Shown one piece after another: positions 1 through 11,722 of a stretch of DNA of 64,000 nt. Both the position numbers and the translations under genes were made by a program. Positions within the stretch are counted from its first letter, which is position 1. The number at the start of each line of letters is the position of its first letter. Under the pieces are notes generated by a model. The model worked only from the letters and a program-made list of their open reading frames with translations. It was not told the DNA's origin and did not search any database. This DNA comes from Macrostomum lignano (Eukaryota). Location: positions 1-64,000 of the forward strand of contig NIVC01002739.1 in NCBI GenBank assembly GCA_002269645.1. Direction: 5' to 3'.

Positions 1-283
1 CGAAGCTTTCAAACTAGGCTTATAGAGTTTCATTCTAAGAATTTAGGGGTCGGCAATATAAAAGCTGTCGTAGCGTAAAGTTCGATCGTACGTCGGAACT
101 TTTACACTACGGAGATGGGAGCTAAAACGATCTTATCTTACGATGTTCTGCATTAGGGCTTTTCAAATCCGGCCATATCCTCATACAAAATCATAACACT
201 ATAGGCGACTTCCACGAATCTTAGAAAACAAAAATTAAATACAAGAGCTCAATATAGGTTCTCTAAGGTTCCGCAAGAAAACT

Positions 284-584
284 GTGGCTGGCAAATCTCG
301 GCAAGCAAAGTTCTGCAAGCAAAATTCGGCAAGCAAAGTTCGGCAAGCAAACTTCGGCAAGCAAAGCTGCGGCAAGCAAAGCTCGGCAAGCAAACTTCGG
401 CAGGCAAAATTCCGCAAGCAAAGTTCGGCAAGCAGACTTCGGCAAGTAAAATTCTGCAAGCAAAGTTCGGCAAGCAAAGTTCGGCAAGCAAAATTCGGCA
501 GGCAAAGTTCGGCAAGCAGACTTCGGCAAGCAAATTTCCGCAAGCAAAAGTCCCGCAAGCAAACTTCTCGCAAGCAAATTTCAT
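284..584. repeat. Minisatellite, ~14-15-bp unit (GCAAGCAAAGTTCG-like), intronic in the M13-like gene
   Basis: Directly visible degenerate tandem unit; it explains the four overlapping ORFs at 235-586. Confidence 0.9.
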
Positions 585-754
585 AGACCCAAAATGCTTC
601 TGTTTAACTTACTACTGAACTGAAAGTATATAACACGCAAATTAGTTATTCTAGTATCTGTGGTTGTATCCTAATAGACAAATAGTCGATACCGAATTAT
701 AAGCTGAATTAATTGTCCCCATAAATATTCTACTGATCCATTCTGACTTTGCAG

Positions 755-2689
755 TTACCTAAAATTTGGCATCATCGGCTCCGCCATAGCAGCGCAAATG
801 ACTAAAGCGTTTGACGCAATCGGTGAGTGAGTCAGCGAACGAATTGGCGCATATCGTTCAGCTGTTGTAGGAAATATACAAGTGCATTTTTATCCTATGC
901 ACATACCATTGTCCCAGCGCCACTGCAGTTCTGTCACCCCAACCCAACCCCTAGCCTACTGTAAAGTGCTTCCTTTATTGGCGGCATCAAGCCCCGTTCC
1001 ATGCACCTTTTCATCCTGACAGCTTCCTGCACTGTTCTGCCATTCCTGCTGCGCAGTACGGACGTCAGTAGATATTTTTTTTGGGGGGGGGCGTCTGCAT
1101 GACATGCTCAATGCAAAACTGACAACTCAAGCCTCCATTTGTCACCTCTCTCTGCGTCCTTCAAGCCTCGTCTGTGTCTCCCCGTGTTTCTCTGGCGCAG
1201 TTCACATTTTCGACAGAGAATGAGTCGGTTTTTTTCCAGACTGGAGTCAATTTTTCTGATTAGGTTTTTTGTATTATTTTCTTGCACTAGAAATTCACTG
1301 CATGATAGGAGCATTATTTTTCTGACAGGTTTTAAAAGCTTTGGCAAACTTTCGTTTCTATTTGCATATTCAATGTTTTCTTCTTGCAATCAATTAGGAA
1401 TAGGATCAAGACTGAGAGACATGTGCAGAGAAAATAGATTGACAAAAACTCTCCAAAATAACTCAAATTTATGTTTGGGGTGAACTTTTCTCCAACAAAA
1501 ATGCTACTCTTTATTAATTAACATTTTCAGGCTCTCTGTGGACGGGCTTAGAAGATTTAGCTGTCAACGAGCAGCCTCTACTGCTCAGCTCAGAAGCTGA
1601 GAATTGCTACGCATCGTTACAGGCTACTGTTGATGTGAGTAGAATAGTCAGCCTTGAAAGCGACTTTTATAATTTAACAAAACTAATAGAATACGCTGTC
1701 AAAAAGCGTCGAAACGGTCTCAACCACAATTGGGACTGTATTAATGCAATGTATAATAGAGGAATGCATACGCTATTTTAAAAGATATAGGCAGCTGAAA
1801 TGACTTTGATAAGCTTAGAAGCCCAAGCTTGCAGGCGTAAACAACTTGCTAATTGGTTCAGCAATAATGTACATTAGCCAGTCCACTGAAATGTACATAC
1901 ATATAACAGCTTTTTGGCTGGAATTCCGAGAAAGACAATAAAAATTGGGTGGGGAGGGGTGTGAAAAGGCGCGGTTGGAGGGTTTAAGCCGGGGTAAGAG
2001 CCAATAAATGAGCCTTGGCTTTAAAAACACATTAAAATGCTTCCGTTTAACTTGCTACTGAACTGAAAGTAGCTTACACGCAAATGTGCTGAGTGGCTCA
2101 TCTAGTTATTCTAGTATCTGTGGTGCAAACAGTCAAAACCCACAATTTTTTCCAATGCATCCACGTTAAAAACAACAAACTGCAGACGACATCCAAGGCG
2201 ACAATTCGTTTAGCTTTCGCCACAGCCTGGGGCCTGCGAGTGGCCCAACTGGCTCACGAGATGCACCTGATGAGGCGAACAGACAAGCAGCTGGGCCTGC
2301 CAACCTTGAGTTATTCAGCAGACCAGTTGCTGTTTATGGCTTTTGCGCAGGTAAGAAAAATCTTTATTTAATATGAAATTTCATAGCAGTATTATTGGCT
2401 TAACAAAATAATTGACAATGGAATTTTAGACTCACTGCGGCACCGAACGAGCGAAGTATAAACTTCGTCTCAGAGACAGTTATTTTCCGATGAAAAACAG
2501 GTATGAGATATGTGGATTTATTTGTTATTCAATGTTTGCTGCTCAAAGATCCATGATTTGCAGTACTGCAACTGCAACTTGTACATTTCCAGGGTTGAAT
2601 TTGCTGTCCAAGGTTCGCCAGTGTTCAACAGAGCATTCTCATGCCACGAAAATCAAATGCCGGAAACTGCGTGGACGTGCAGCCCTTGA
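755..2689 (+). CDS. Neprilysin/M13 peptidase-like protein, C-terminal exons, predicted non-catalytic (5' part lies outside the window)
   Basis: Exons 755-822, 1531-1634, 2186-2350, 2430-2500 and 2593-2689 have AG/GT ends and consistent phases. Translation: YLKFGIIGSAIAAQMTKAFDAIG ... LAFATAWGLRVA ... LGLPTLSYSADQLLFMAFAQ-THCGT ... RVEFAVQGSPVFNRAFSC. This aligns with the M13 C-terminal domain ([47 protein letters not shown]; EAFHC). Confidence 0.85.
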
Positions 2690-3780
2690 TGCTGGGTTTC
2701 TTCCGACTATAACTATAATTCCATTGTTAATTTTTAAACTGATGGTTACTGTTGTTCCTATCTTATGCTTTGCTAACTCTGCAATGAAGCTAATGTATAA
2801 TAGTGCTATAGCAATGCAACTAGAGCTATTATCTTGTCCCCTCCATAATTATCTGATATTCGGATTTGTTTATCAAATAAAGCCGGAAACTTTTGTACAC
2901 ACGAGCTATCGATACATCAAGTGATGTTTTAAACCATGGAAAACCAAAGCACGAGATGTCAGTTTAACACTAAGAAGAATACTGAAAGGCACCTCATCAA
3001 ACGTAGAGCAGTTTATGCTGCTACTCGAGTACAACGAATACAAAATCATTCAGCCACGTCTTTGCAGTTGACAGGATACTGTACTTCTGTACGCTTCATT
3101 GAATAAAACAAAAGAAAACAGCATCTGCTGTGTTTGGGAACCCATGCGATACATTTCTGACAACCAGCTGATGCACAGTAGTCACTTATCCTAGCAGCTG
3201 TTCTGCTCAATTGAGCTGCAAAACATCATCTTCTAGCTTTGAGTTGCTAATATGTTTCGGTATTCACGCCTAGCTTATGCAAAAAATGTTGCTCAACCAA
3301 TCGAGACGGTAAATTTTCTCCCCTAAAAAAATTCTGCCATTTGGCTTTTCTGAAGCGTCACTTTGCTGAGCCAAAGCTTACCGTGTAGGTTTCTTTTGTT
3401 GAGAAGATAACATTATATATACATGCAGCGGCGATGGGATTAAGATGTGTCTGCAAGCGAATCAACAGACACTTTTCCTGATCTCGCAGAAGAAACTCGC
3501 TGAAATGCGATCCAACTTTCTAATAAACAGCTTTATTAGTTTTATAGGTAAGTGCAATTTCGGCAAAACAGTCGGGATTCTAGGAATCGAGATACGTCTG
3601 GCCGCCCGTAAAATGACAGCCAAGTACCATGTACTTTTACTGCTTGTACGGTGCTGGCAACCCTATGTCCGTGTGTTGAGGTGCGACTAACCATGGCCAA
3701 CGGTGCTTAACTTACTATCGTGTTAATCCTACTAGCTAGCAACACAATAACGCCTGGAAATCTTAGCCTTCCTCCCGCAG

Positions 3781-5589
3781 GCGCTCACTAGCTGCAGTCA
3801 ATTTGTCCGCTCCTCCGGGCCAATCCAGCTCGACCCGACCGTCAGTAGTTTCTTCATCAGCGAGCCCGGCTCAGCCTCCATCCAAGACTGCCTGCTCAGC
3901 TGCCGGTCGAAGGGGTGTGTCGCAGTCAGCCTGCTGCGGGCCAGCCGCATCTGCCAGCTGCTCTTCGTCGAGGACGCCTCGCGGACTGCCGGATCGCCGC
4001 GCAGCCACGCGTGGAGGTCACTGGGATCCGAGGCTGGCGCCGAGGTGTGGAAGGCGGTCGACATCGACAGCATCATCGACTCCAGGAGGCTCAACATCAC
4101 GCTGGAGTTTTCAAGTGAGTCGCCTGATTAATTCAATAAAGTTTAAAGCAATGAAGGCGTTTTAGAAAAGTGAGTTGGCGGATTCGACGTCCTAACACTC
4201 GAGCGAGTTAAGCAGGATTGGCTGCTGGCCTTGCAAGCTTGTTGGTGCATTTTATTCGATTTTGGGAGCCTGCGAATCTTCTAAGAAACACTAGGGATGC
4301 CAGCTACAAAGAGGATACCAGCTACAGAGGAGGCGCCAGCTACAGAGGGTACAGAGGGGGCGCCAGCTACAGAGGGGGCGCCAGCTACAGAGGGGGCGCC
4401 AGCTACAGAGGGGGCGCCAGCTACAGAGGGGGCGCCAGCTACAGAGGGGGCGCCAGCTACAGATGGGGCGCCAGCTACAGAGGGGGCGCCAGCTACAGAG
4501 GGGGCGCCAGCTACAGAGGGGGCGCCAGCTACAGAAGAGGCGCCAGCTACAGAGGGATGCCAGCTACAGAGAAGATGCCAGCTACAGAGAGGATGCCAGC
4601 TACAGAGGGGGGCGCCAGCTACAGAGGAGGCGCCAGCTACAGAGGGGGCGCCAGCTACAGAGGGGACTGCAAAACTGCAAAACCCGCAGACTCGAGCACA
4701 GGTACGAACGGCTCCATCCTGCAGCTGTCAATCAACGTGACAGGCTGCTATCGAATTAAGGCAGCAGGAGCCGCTGGCGGGTTCAACAGTTTCCACAATC
4801 GAGTCGGCGGCAGAGGCGCCTTCGCAGCTGGACGCTTCAAACTCGCTGCCGGAGCGCGACTGTCAATCGTGGTGGGCCAGGCTGGCGGCCCGACAACGCT
4901 TGGCAACGCTGGTGCTGGCGGAGGCGGTGGTAGCTTCGTGTACATGACTGGGAACGGCCAGCTGCTGCTGGCGGCAGGCGGCGGTGGCGGCGCCTCATCC
5001 TGGGCTTCAGGTGAGAAGCGGGTCTTATCTTCGAAAACTATAGCCAGGGTCATAAAAAGCATTTTCTCTTCTTTCGGCAACAACAGGCTGTCAAGGACTG
5101 GCCGCCAGCACTGGTGGCGACTCGAACGGCGGTAACAAGCTGAACACTGGCTACGGCGGCAAAAACGGCCAGCCTGGCAACAACGGCAACGGCAGCAATC
5201 CGGACTTCGACGGCGGCTGCGGCGCCGGCTGGCTGGGCATGGCGCCCCGACGAACCAATGCCGGGCACGGAGACTCTGGCGGTGATCGCAGCGTCGGTTG
5301 GATCGGCGGCGCGGCTGGCAGCGGCGGCGGCGGTGGCGGCGACGGCGGGTTTGGCGGCGGCGGCGGAGGTGGACGCTCAGTTGGCGCGGCTGGCGCTGGT
5401 GGCGGCTACAGCGGCGGAGGCGCCGGGACCGGCGCTTATCACTCCGGCGGCGGAGGCGGCTCTGTCTGCGGCGACGGTGTCACCGGTGGCAGCGACTGCA
5501 TCCTCATGGATGGCGACGTCATGGACGGCTCAACCGTTCAAGGCCGGGTGACGCTTCAGCTTCTGCCAGACGCTGAGTCAGCCTGCTGA
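3781..5589 (+). CDS. PAN/apple-like domain plus ALK/LTK-type glycine-rich domain protein (no TM or kinase); first exon uncertain
   Basis: Exons 3781-4114, 4690-5010 and 5087-5589 join in phase 1/1. The first encodes CLLSCRSKGCVAVSLLRASRIC (PAN-like Cys spacing). The later exons encode YRIKAAGAAGG..LSIVVGQAG..GGGGGSFV..LLLAAGGGGG..GGFGGGGGG..GGGYSGGG, the motif order of the ALK/LTK Gly-rich domain. Stop at 5587-5589. A candidate signal exon (MTAKYHVLLLLV...) lies near 3613-3670 but its donor is unclear. Confidence 0.8.
4306..4665 (+). repeat. 18-bp minisatellite GCCAGCTACAGAGGGGGC in intron
   Basis: Tandem unit inside intron 4115-4689; the same family occurs at 19548-19690 and 27868-29110. 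Confidence 0.95.
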
Positions 5590-6510
5590 GCTGCACCTCT
5601 TTAAACAAAGAAAAAGTTTTTTCATGTTTGACCACATTAACTCTGGACTATTATCAATATAGTGGAAAATATTATTAAACCATCGTTTTTTAATCAAAAT
5701 TAAGGACGCAATCCATAAATATGTTGCTTTGGTCTTTTCGTTCTCGGTCTTGATTAATTTGGATCAATTTGTAGCTGTGCAATAATAGAGCATGGTTTCC
5801 GAGGTCTTTAATACATGATAGCGCTCTCTGGCTTTCCCATTATCGCCCGCAAAGCCTGGGTAATACTGTGATTGATTAATATGTGCCATGGGGTGTGGGT
5901 GTCAACCATAGACAATGATTTAATGAGTAACTATACAGTTACTCTACAGCCTTGTCGGGCGGGCCGATATAATCGTCTATGGCAATAATCAAATATCCGC
6001 CACGTAGTCATGGTACAATTGTAGTTTCGACAATACCTTGACAAGAATCTTTGGTTACTAGCGGGAGTGGCCGGATTCTAAGAATCTTAAAGTAGCTCTG
6101 GCTTTGCAGAGAAGCTTTATAATTTAACTGTCTAAGGTACAGATAGGCAGTTTGGTTTATCACAAACACTGCAAACGCAGACAACACATTAAGCATTTTA
6201 CTGTACTACTAATAGTAATAAAATAACTCCAATTTCCATGACTTTAAACGCGTAGTATATCTTTATTTTACGATTATAAAGCGATTCTTCAAAGGAAGTC
6301 CTTGATTTTGTACGAATATATAGATGACGCAGCAGAGCTTCAAACGCAGTCTGTGTTTTTGTTTACTTCTTCGGCGCCTTGAACTTCGGCTTGCCCTGCG
6401 GTCGGATGTGTTGAAGCGAGTCAGCGGCCCCGGGTTGTCTGGAAAATAGTTTAAAGGATGACAGAGGTTGAGGGAAGTCTGCTGATGGGATTTTTGAGAT
6501 TCTTTTACAG

Positions 6511-7026
6511 TAGGGATGCCAACCGGTTTAAACGGTTTTTGGCCCGGTTTGACGGTTTCCAACTCCTAATCCTAATTAGGTCACAATTATCAGAGAGGCA
6601 GACTCAAGGGGGCAGAGAGGCAGACTCAAGGGGGCAGAGAGGCAGACTCAAGGGGGCAGAGAGGCAGACTCAAGGGGGCAGAGAGGCAGACTCAAGGGGG
6701 CAGAGAGGCAGACTCAAGGAAGCAGAGAGGCAGACTCAAGGGGGCAGAGAGGCAGACTCAAGGAAGCAGAGAGGCAGACTCAAGGGGGGCAGAGAGATGC
6801 AATGTAAATGACGAGTTTTCTATAAAAAGCTTTCAGTAAACTCAATCTAAGAGTACATGTAGACTAAGACTAAGAGTTTGTCCATACTATTCGTGTTGTC
6901 ATTAACTCTGTCAAACTTTTGAACAATTGATGCACAAAATAGTTTTTAAAACCGGTTTTCTTTAAAAAAGACTGTTTTTAAACCGGTGAACAGGTTCTCA
7001 AAAAGGCGCGGTTTTTGGCATCACAA
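6511..7026. mobile_element. Non-autonomous hAT-type element (MITE-like) carrying a 22-bp minisatellite
   Basis: Left end TAGGGATGCC and right end GGCATCACAA form an imperfect TIR. The 8-bp flanks are TTTTACAG and CTTTACAG (7/8 TSD). Subterminal AAACCGG/AAACGG repeats occur at both ends. Confidence 0.6.
6591..6792. repeat. 22-bp minisatellite CAGAGAGGCAGACTCAAGGGGG (~9 copies)
   Basis: Directly visible tandem array. Confidence 0.95.
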
Positions 7027-7331
7027 CTTTACAGCGTGTTTCTGAAAAAATATCTTGATTAACTTGCGAATGTACCCTAAATAAAACACATGCTTGCTTC
7101 AGTTGCAACTTGGAATTAGTGAGCATTTGGTGTTTAAAAAACTGAAGACATCCAGCTACATCTCGCCAATGCATTTTGCACAGGCTGCTGCATATAGCAA
7201 ACGTACTATTACAACATATGCGCTGATTTCTTCAATGGAAAACAGATTTTCAGCTTGTGGAGCTAGAAGAAGAAGGTTCATCAGAAGACTTGGTAGTGTT
7301 TTCCTCCTAGTACAGGTTTAGCGAAGAAAGT

Positions 7332-9324
7332 TCACTCTGGCTCCACAGTGACAGCAGCTGTCAGTTCGCTGTTGCTGGGGTTATACACTCCCCCCGCTGG
7401 TTCCCACTGCGGACATGCGGTTCTGCGCGTGGGTGATGAGAGAAGCAAAGAAATAAAAAAGAAGGAAGATGGACAGACAAAGTGCATTAGCGCTTTCGAT
7501 AGGTGCACACTAGCTTTGCCTGTAACTTGACCTTAGCTTCACATTGACCTGAAGGCTTAAAATAACTTCGTTAGCAACCGTCGGAAAAAACTCACTTCAC
7601 AACGATTAGGGTTAGTGAATTCCCAGACTCCTTGATGAGGCTGGATGCTTGGGCGTGGCTCAACTGACGGGTTTTCTGACCGTTCACCGACTGGATGGCG
7701 TCTCCAGAGTGCAGCTTGCCGAAGGCTGCGGATTCGGGCTCGACCTGGCACAGTGCGGGCGGCTCTGGGCATTTAGAACAGAACTGTAGGGAAAGACAGG
7801 CAGACACTGAGACAGACACTGAGACAGACACTGAGACAGACACTGAGACAGACACTGAGACAGACACTGAGACAGACACTGAGACAGACACTGAGACAGA
7901 CACTGAGACAGACACTGAGACAGACACTGAGACAGACACTGAGATAGACACTGAGACAGACACTGAGACAGACACTGAGACAGACACTGAGACAGACACT
8001 GAGACAGACACTGAGACAGACACTGAGACAGACACTGAGACAGACACTGAGACAGACACTGAGACAGACACTGAGACAGACACTGAGACAGACACTGAGA
8101 CAGACACTGAGACAGACACTGAGACAGACACTGAGACGGACACCGAGACAGACACTGAGACAGACACTGAGACAGACACTGAGACAGACACTGAGACAGA
8201 CACTGAGACAGACACTGAGACAGACACTGAGACAGACACTGAGACAGACACTGAGACAGACACTGAGACAGACACTGAGACAGACACTGAGACAGACACT
8301 GAGACAGACACTGAGACAGACACTAAGACAGACACTGAGACAGACACTGAGACAGACACTGAGACAGACAATGAGACAGACACTGAGACAGACACTGAGA
8401 CAGACACTGAGACAGACACTGAGACAGACACTGAGACAGACACTGAGACAGACACTGAGACAGACACTGAGACAGACACTGAGACAGACACTGAGACAGA
8501 CACTGAGACAGACACTGAGACAGACACTGAGACGGACACCGAGACAGACACTGAGACAGACACTGAGACAGACACTGAGACAGACACTGAGACAGACACT
8601 GAGACAGACACTGAGACAGACACTGAGACAGACACTGAGACAGACACTGAGACAGACACTGAGACAGACACTGAGACAGACACTGAGACAGACACTGAGA
8701 CAGACACTGAGACAGACACTAAGACAGACACTGAGACAGACACTGAGACAGACACTGAGACAGACAATGAGACAGACACTGAGACAGACACTGAGACAGA
8801 CACTGAGACAGACACTGAGACAGACACTGAGACAGACACTGAGACAGACACTGAGACAGACACTGAGACAGACACTGAGACAGACACTGAGACAGACACT
8901 GAGACAGACACTGAGACAGACACTGAGACAGACACTGAGACAGACACTGAGACAGACACTGAGACAGACACTGAGACAGACAGTGAGACAGACACTGAGA
9001 CAGACACTGAGACAGACACTGAGACGGACACTGAGACAGACACTGAGACATACACTGAGACATTTCAACTCAGTAAAAAATCGAATTCACCTTCATAACG
9101 GTCAGCTGAGTCCTGTAGTCAGCTCCGCCTTGCAGCCGGAAGCCCCACATCTGATTAGCCGAACGTTGCAGCGACACCTGCACAGGGGCTTGCGGATCTG
9201 CTTCCGGGTGTTCCTGGTGCTGCTGGTGCTGCTGGTGAGGCTGATAAGGCTGGTGCTGATGCCCTGGTCCGTGAAATTTGGAAGAGACTGCTGACACAGG
9301 TCTGGCTGCAACCGCGTATAGCAT
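7332..9324 (-). CDS. PDZ-domain protein of Zasp/PDLIM (ALP/Enigma) type; 5' end uncertain
   Basis: Exons ~9324-9091, 7744-7596 and 7422-7332 (phases 0, 2) give VQVSLQRSANQMWGFRLQGGADYRTQLTVMK-VEPESAAFGKLHSGDAIQSVNG..LSHAQASSLIKESGNSLTLIVVK. WGFRLQGGxD is the PDLIM-type carboxylate-binding loop. Stop TGA at 7334-7332. Confidence 0.8.
7797..9062. repeat. 12-bp minisatellite GACAGACACTGA (~105 copies) in the PDZ gene intron
   Basis: Near-perfect tandem array; source of the SVSV/DTET/CLSV ORFs. Confidence 0.97.
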
Positions 9325-9963
9325 ATTTTTAATATTTAGTGCTGTCCCTAGACACTCAGCTGCGCAATCGAAAATTCAAGCAGAACCAGTATAGCAATGA
9401 TCCTATACAACCTGACCATATCGCTTTTATGGACGATTCTCTTTGTTTTTCTGCTTCACAGTTGTTGCATTTTCTCTTCCCCTCTTCTTCCCAAATGATC
9501 CGGTTTTTCTGTTGGATAGCCAATGACTTTGCCCCTGTCAAGGATGCTGTGCGGTAGCTCGCAAGCATTTCTTGACTAGACACTGGTTCTGGCTCTCCAA
9601 GGTCATTATCTGAATTTATGGATTGGTGCGATGTGCTTTCAAAAATTGGTTAGTCAAAAGATGCACAAGTATTGGCGTCGTTACTTCCACTGTACGAGCG
9701 GAGTTGGACAAATTTTTACATGCCTAATTTACACTTGAAGGTTCATTCAGGGCGGCTTGGGGTTTGGTTCTGCAGGGCAGCGGAGGTCTGTGATGCATCA
9801 GACTGTCCTAAACGTAGTGGTCATTTATTCGTTTAATAGATTAGGCAGGACCTTCTAGGTGAAGTCATTATTCAAAACTGAACGTTGCTTTCGACTTGAA
9901 GAACCGATACCAAACTGCAGGAATTCACTTCACAGATTAATGGCAGAACTGTATCCCTGAAGC

Positions 9964-10116
<153 letters not shown>

Positions 10117-10443
10117 TACGATCGTAGATCTATCCGGATCAGAATTCATCCCATATTTTAAGGACACAGCTTGATAGGCAATCTGGTTTAGCGGAGCCCG
10201 AGAATCAGCCCTGCACAAGCAATCTGTTAGGTCCTTATTTGGTCATTGGAGAAAAGTACGTGCGAGCTAAAACGCTATTTAGCCCGATACGATGCGCAAA
10301 TGTGAAGGCCATTGCATGGGCAAATATAGGCGAACTTAGATTTGTCTGGGATCAGCCTGAGGTCAGTGGCTTTGTTGCTAATCTTTTTCCGCAACCAAAT
10401 CTCACGCCAAAAATTTCTTTTTAAGTCCAAATTGACGACGTTC

Positions 10444-11722
10444 CCGTGAGATAAAGGCAGATTGGAGTGAGATAACGGCAGACTGGAGTGAGATAATGGC
10501 AGACTGGAGTGAGATAAAGGCAGCTTGGAGTGAGATAAAGGCAGCTTAGAGTGAGATAAAGGCAGATTAGAGTGAGATAAAGGCATCTTGGAGTGAGATA
10601 AAGGCAGCTTAGAGTGAGATAATGGCAGACTGGAGTGAGATAAAGGCAGACTGGAGTGAGATAAAGGCAGACTGGAGTGAGATAAAGGCAGCTTAGAGTG
10701 AGATAAAGGCAGCTTGGAGTGAGATAATGGCAGACTGGAGTGAGATAAAGGCAGCTTAGAGTGAGATAATGGCAGACTGGAGTGAGATAAAGGCAGAATG
10801 GAGTGAGATAAAGGCAGGATGGAGTGAGATAAAGGCAGATTGGAGTGAGATAAAGGCAGATTGGAGTGAGATAACGGCAGAATGGAGTGAGATAAAGGCA
10901 GATTGGAGTGAGATAACGGCAGAATAGAGTGAGATAAAGGCAGCTTGGAGTGAGATAACGGCAGAATGGAGTGAGATAAAGGCAGCTTGGAGTGAGATAA
11001 CGGCAGAATGGAGTGAGATAAAGGCAGATTGGAGTGAGATAACGGCAGATTGGAGTGAGATAAAGGCAGATTGGAGTGAGATAAAGGCAGCTTGGAGTGA
11101 GATAAGGGCAGAATGTAGTGAGATAAAGGCAGCTTGGAGTGAGATAACGGCAGAATAGAGTGAGATAAAGGCAGCTTGGAGTGAGATAAAGGCAGATTGG
11201 AGTGAGATAAAGGCAGATTGGAGTGAGATAACGGCAGAATGGAGTGAGATAACGGCAGATTGGAGTGAGATAACGGCAGAATAGAGTGAGATAAAGGCAG
11301 CTTGGAGTGAGATAACGGCAGAATGGAGTGAGATAAAGGCAGATTGGAGTGAGATAACGGCAGATTGGAGTGAGATAAATGCAGATTGGAGTGAGATAAA
11401 GGCAGCTTGGAGTGAGATAAGGGCAGAATGGAGTGAGATAAAGGCAGCTTGGAGTGAGATAACGGCAGAATAGAGTGAGATAAAGGCAGCTTGGAGTGAG
11501 ATAAAGGCAGATTGGAGTGAGATAAAGGCAGATTGGAGTGAGATAACGGCAGAATGGAGTGAGATAACGGCAGATTGGAGTGAGATAACGGCAGAATAGA
11601 GTGAGATAAAGGCAGATTTGAGTGAGACAACGGCAGATTGGAGTGAGATAAGGGCAGAATGGAGTGAGATAAAGGCAGGATGGAGTGAGATACTGGTAAA
11701 GGCAGATTGGAGTGAGATAAGG
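10444..11722. repeat. 21-bp minisatellite GGAGTGAGATAAAGGCAGATT (~60 copies)
   Basis: Direct; 7-aa periodicity in the overlapping ORFs. Confidence 0.97.

Noticed and set aside
1108-1483. Antisense ORF (93 aa, LCRKC) and sense ORF in the M13-like intron
   Set aside because: No recognisable domain or splice support; possibly a TE fragment but not supportable.
4302-4312. TAGGGATGCCA at the start of the 18-bp array, matching the hAT-like TIR at 6511
   Set aside because: No matching right TIR or TSD around the array, and GGGATGCCA is a normal variant of the repeat unit.
7592-9294. 400-490-aa ORFs (SVSV, DTET, CLSV, RQTL)
   Set aside because: Translations of a stop-free 12-bp array inside a GT-AG intron of the PDZ gene; open in many frames on both strands.
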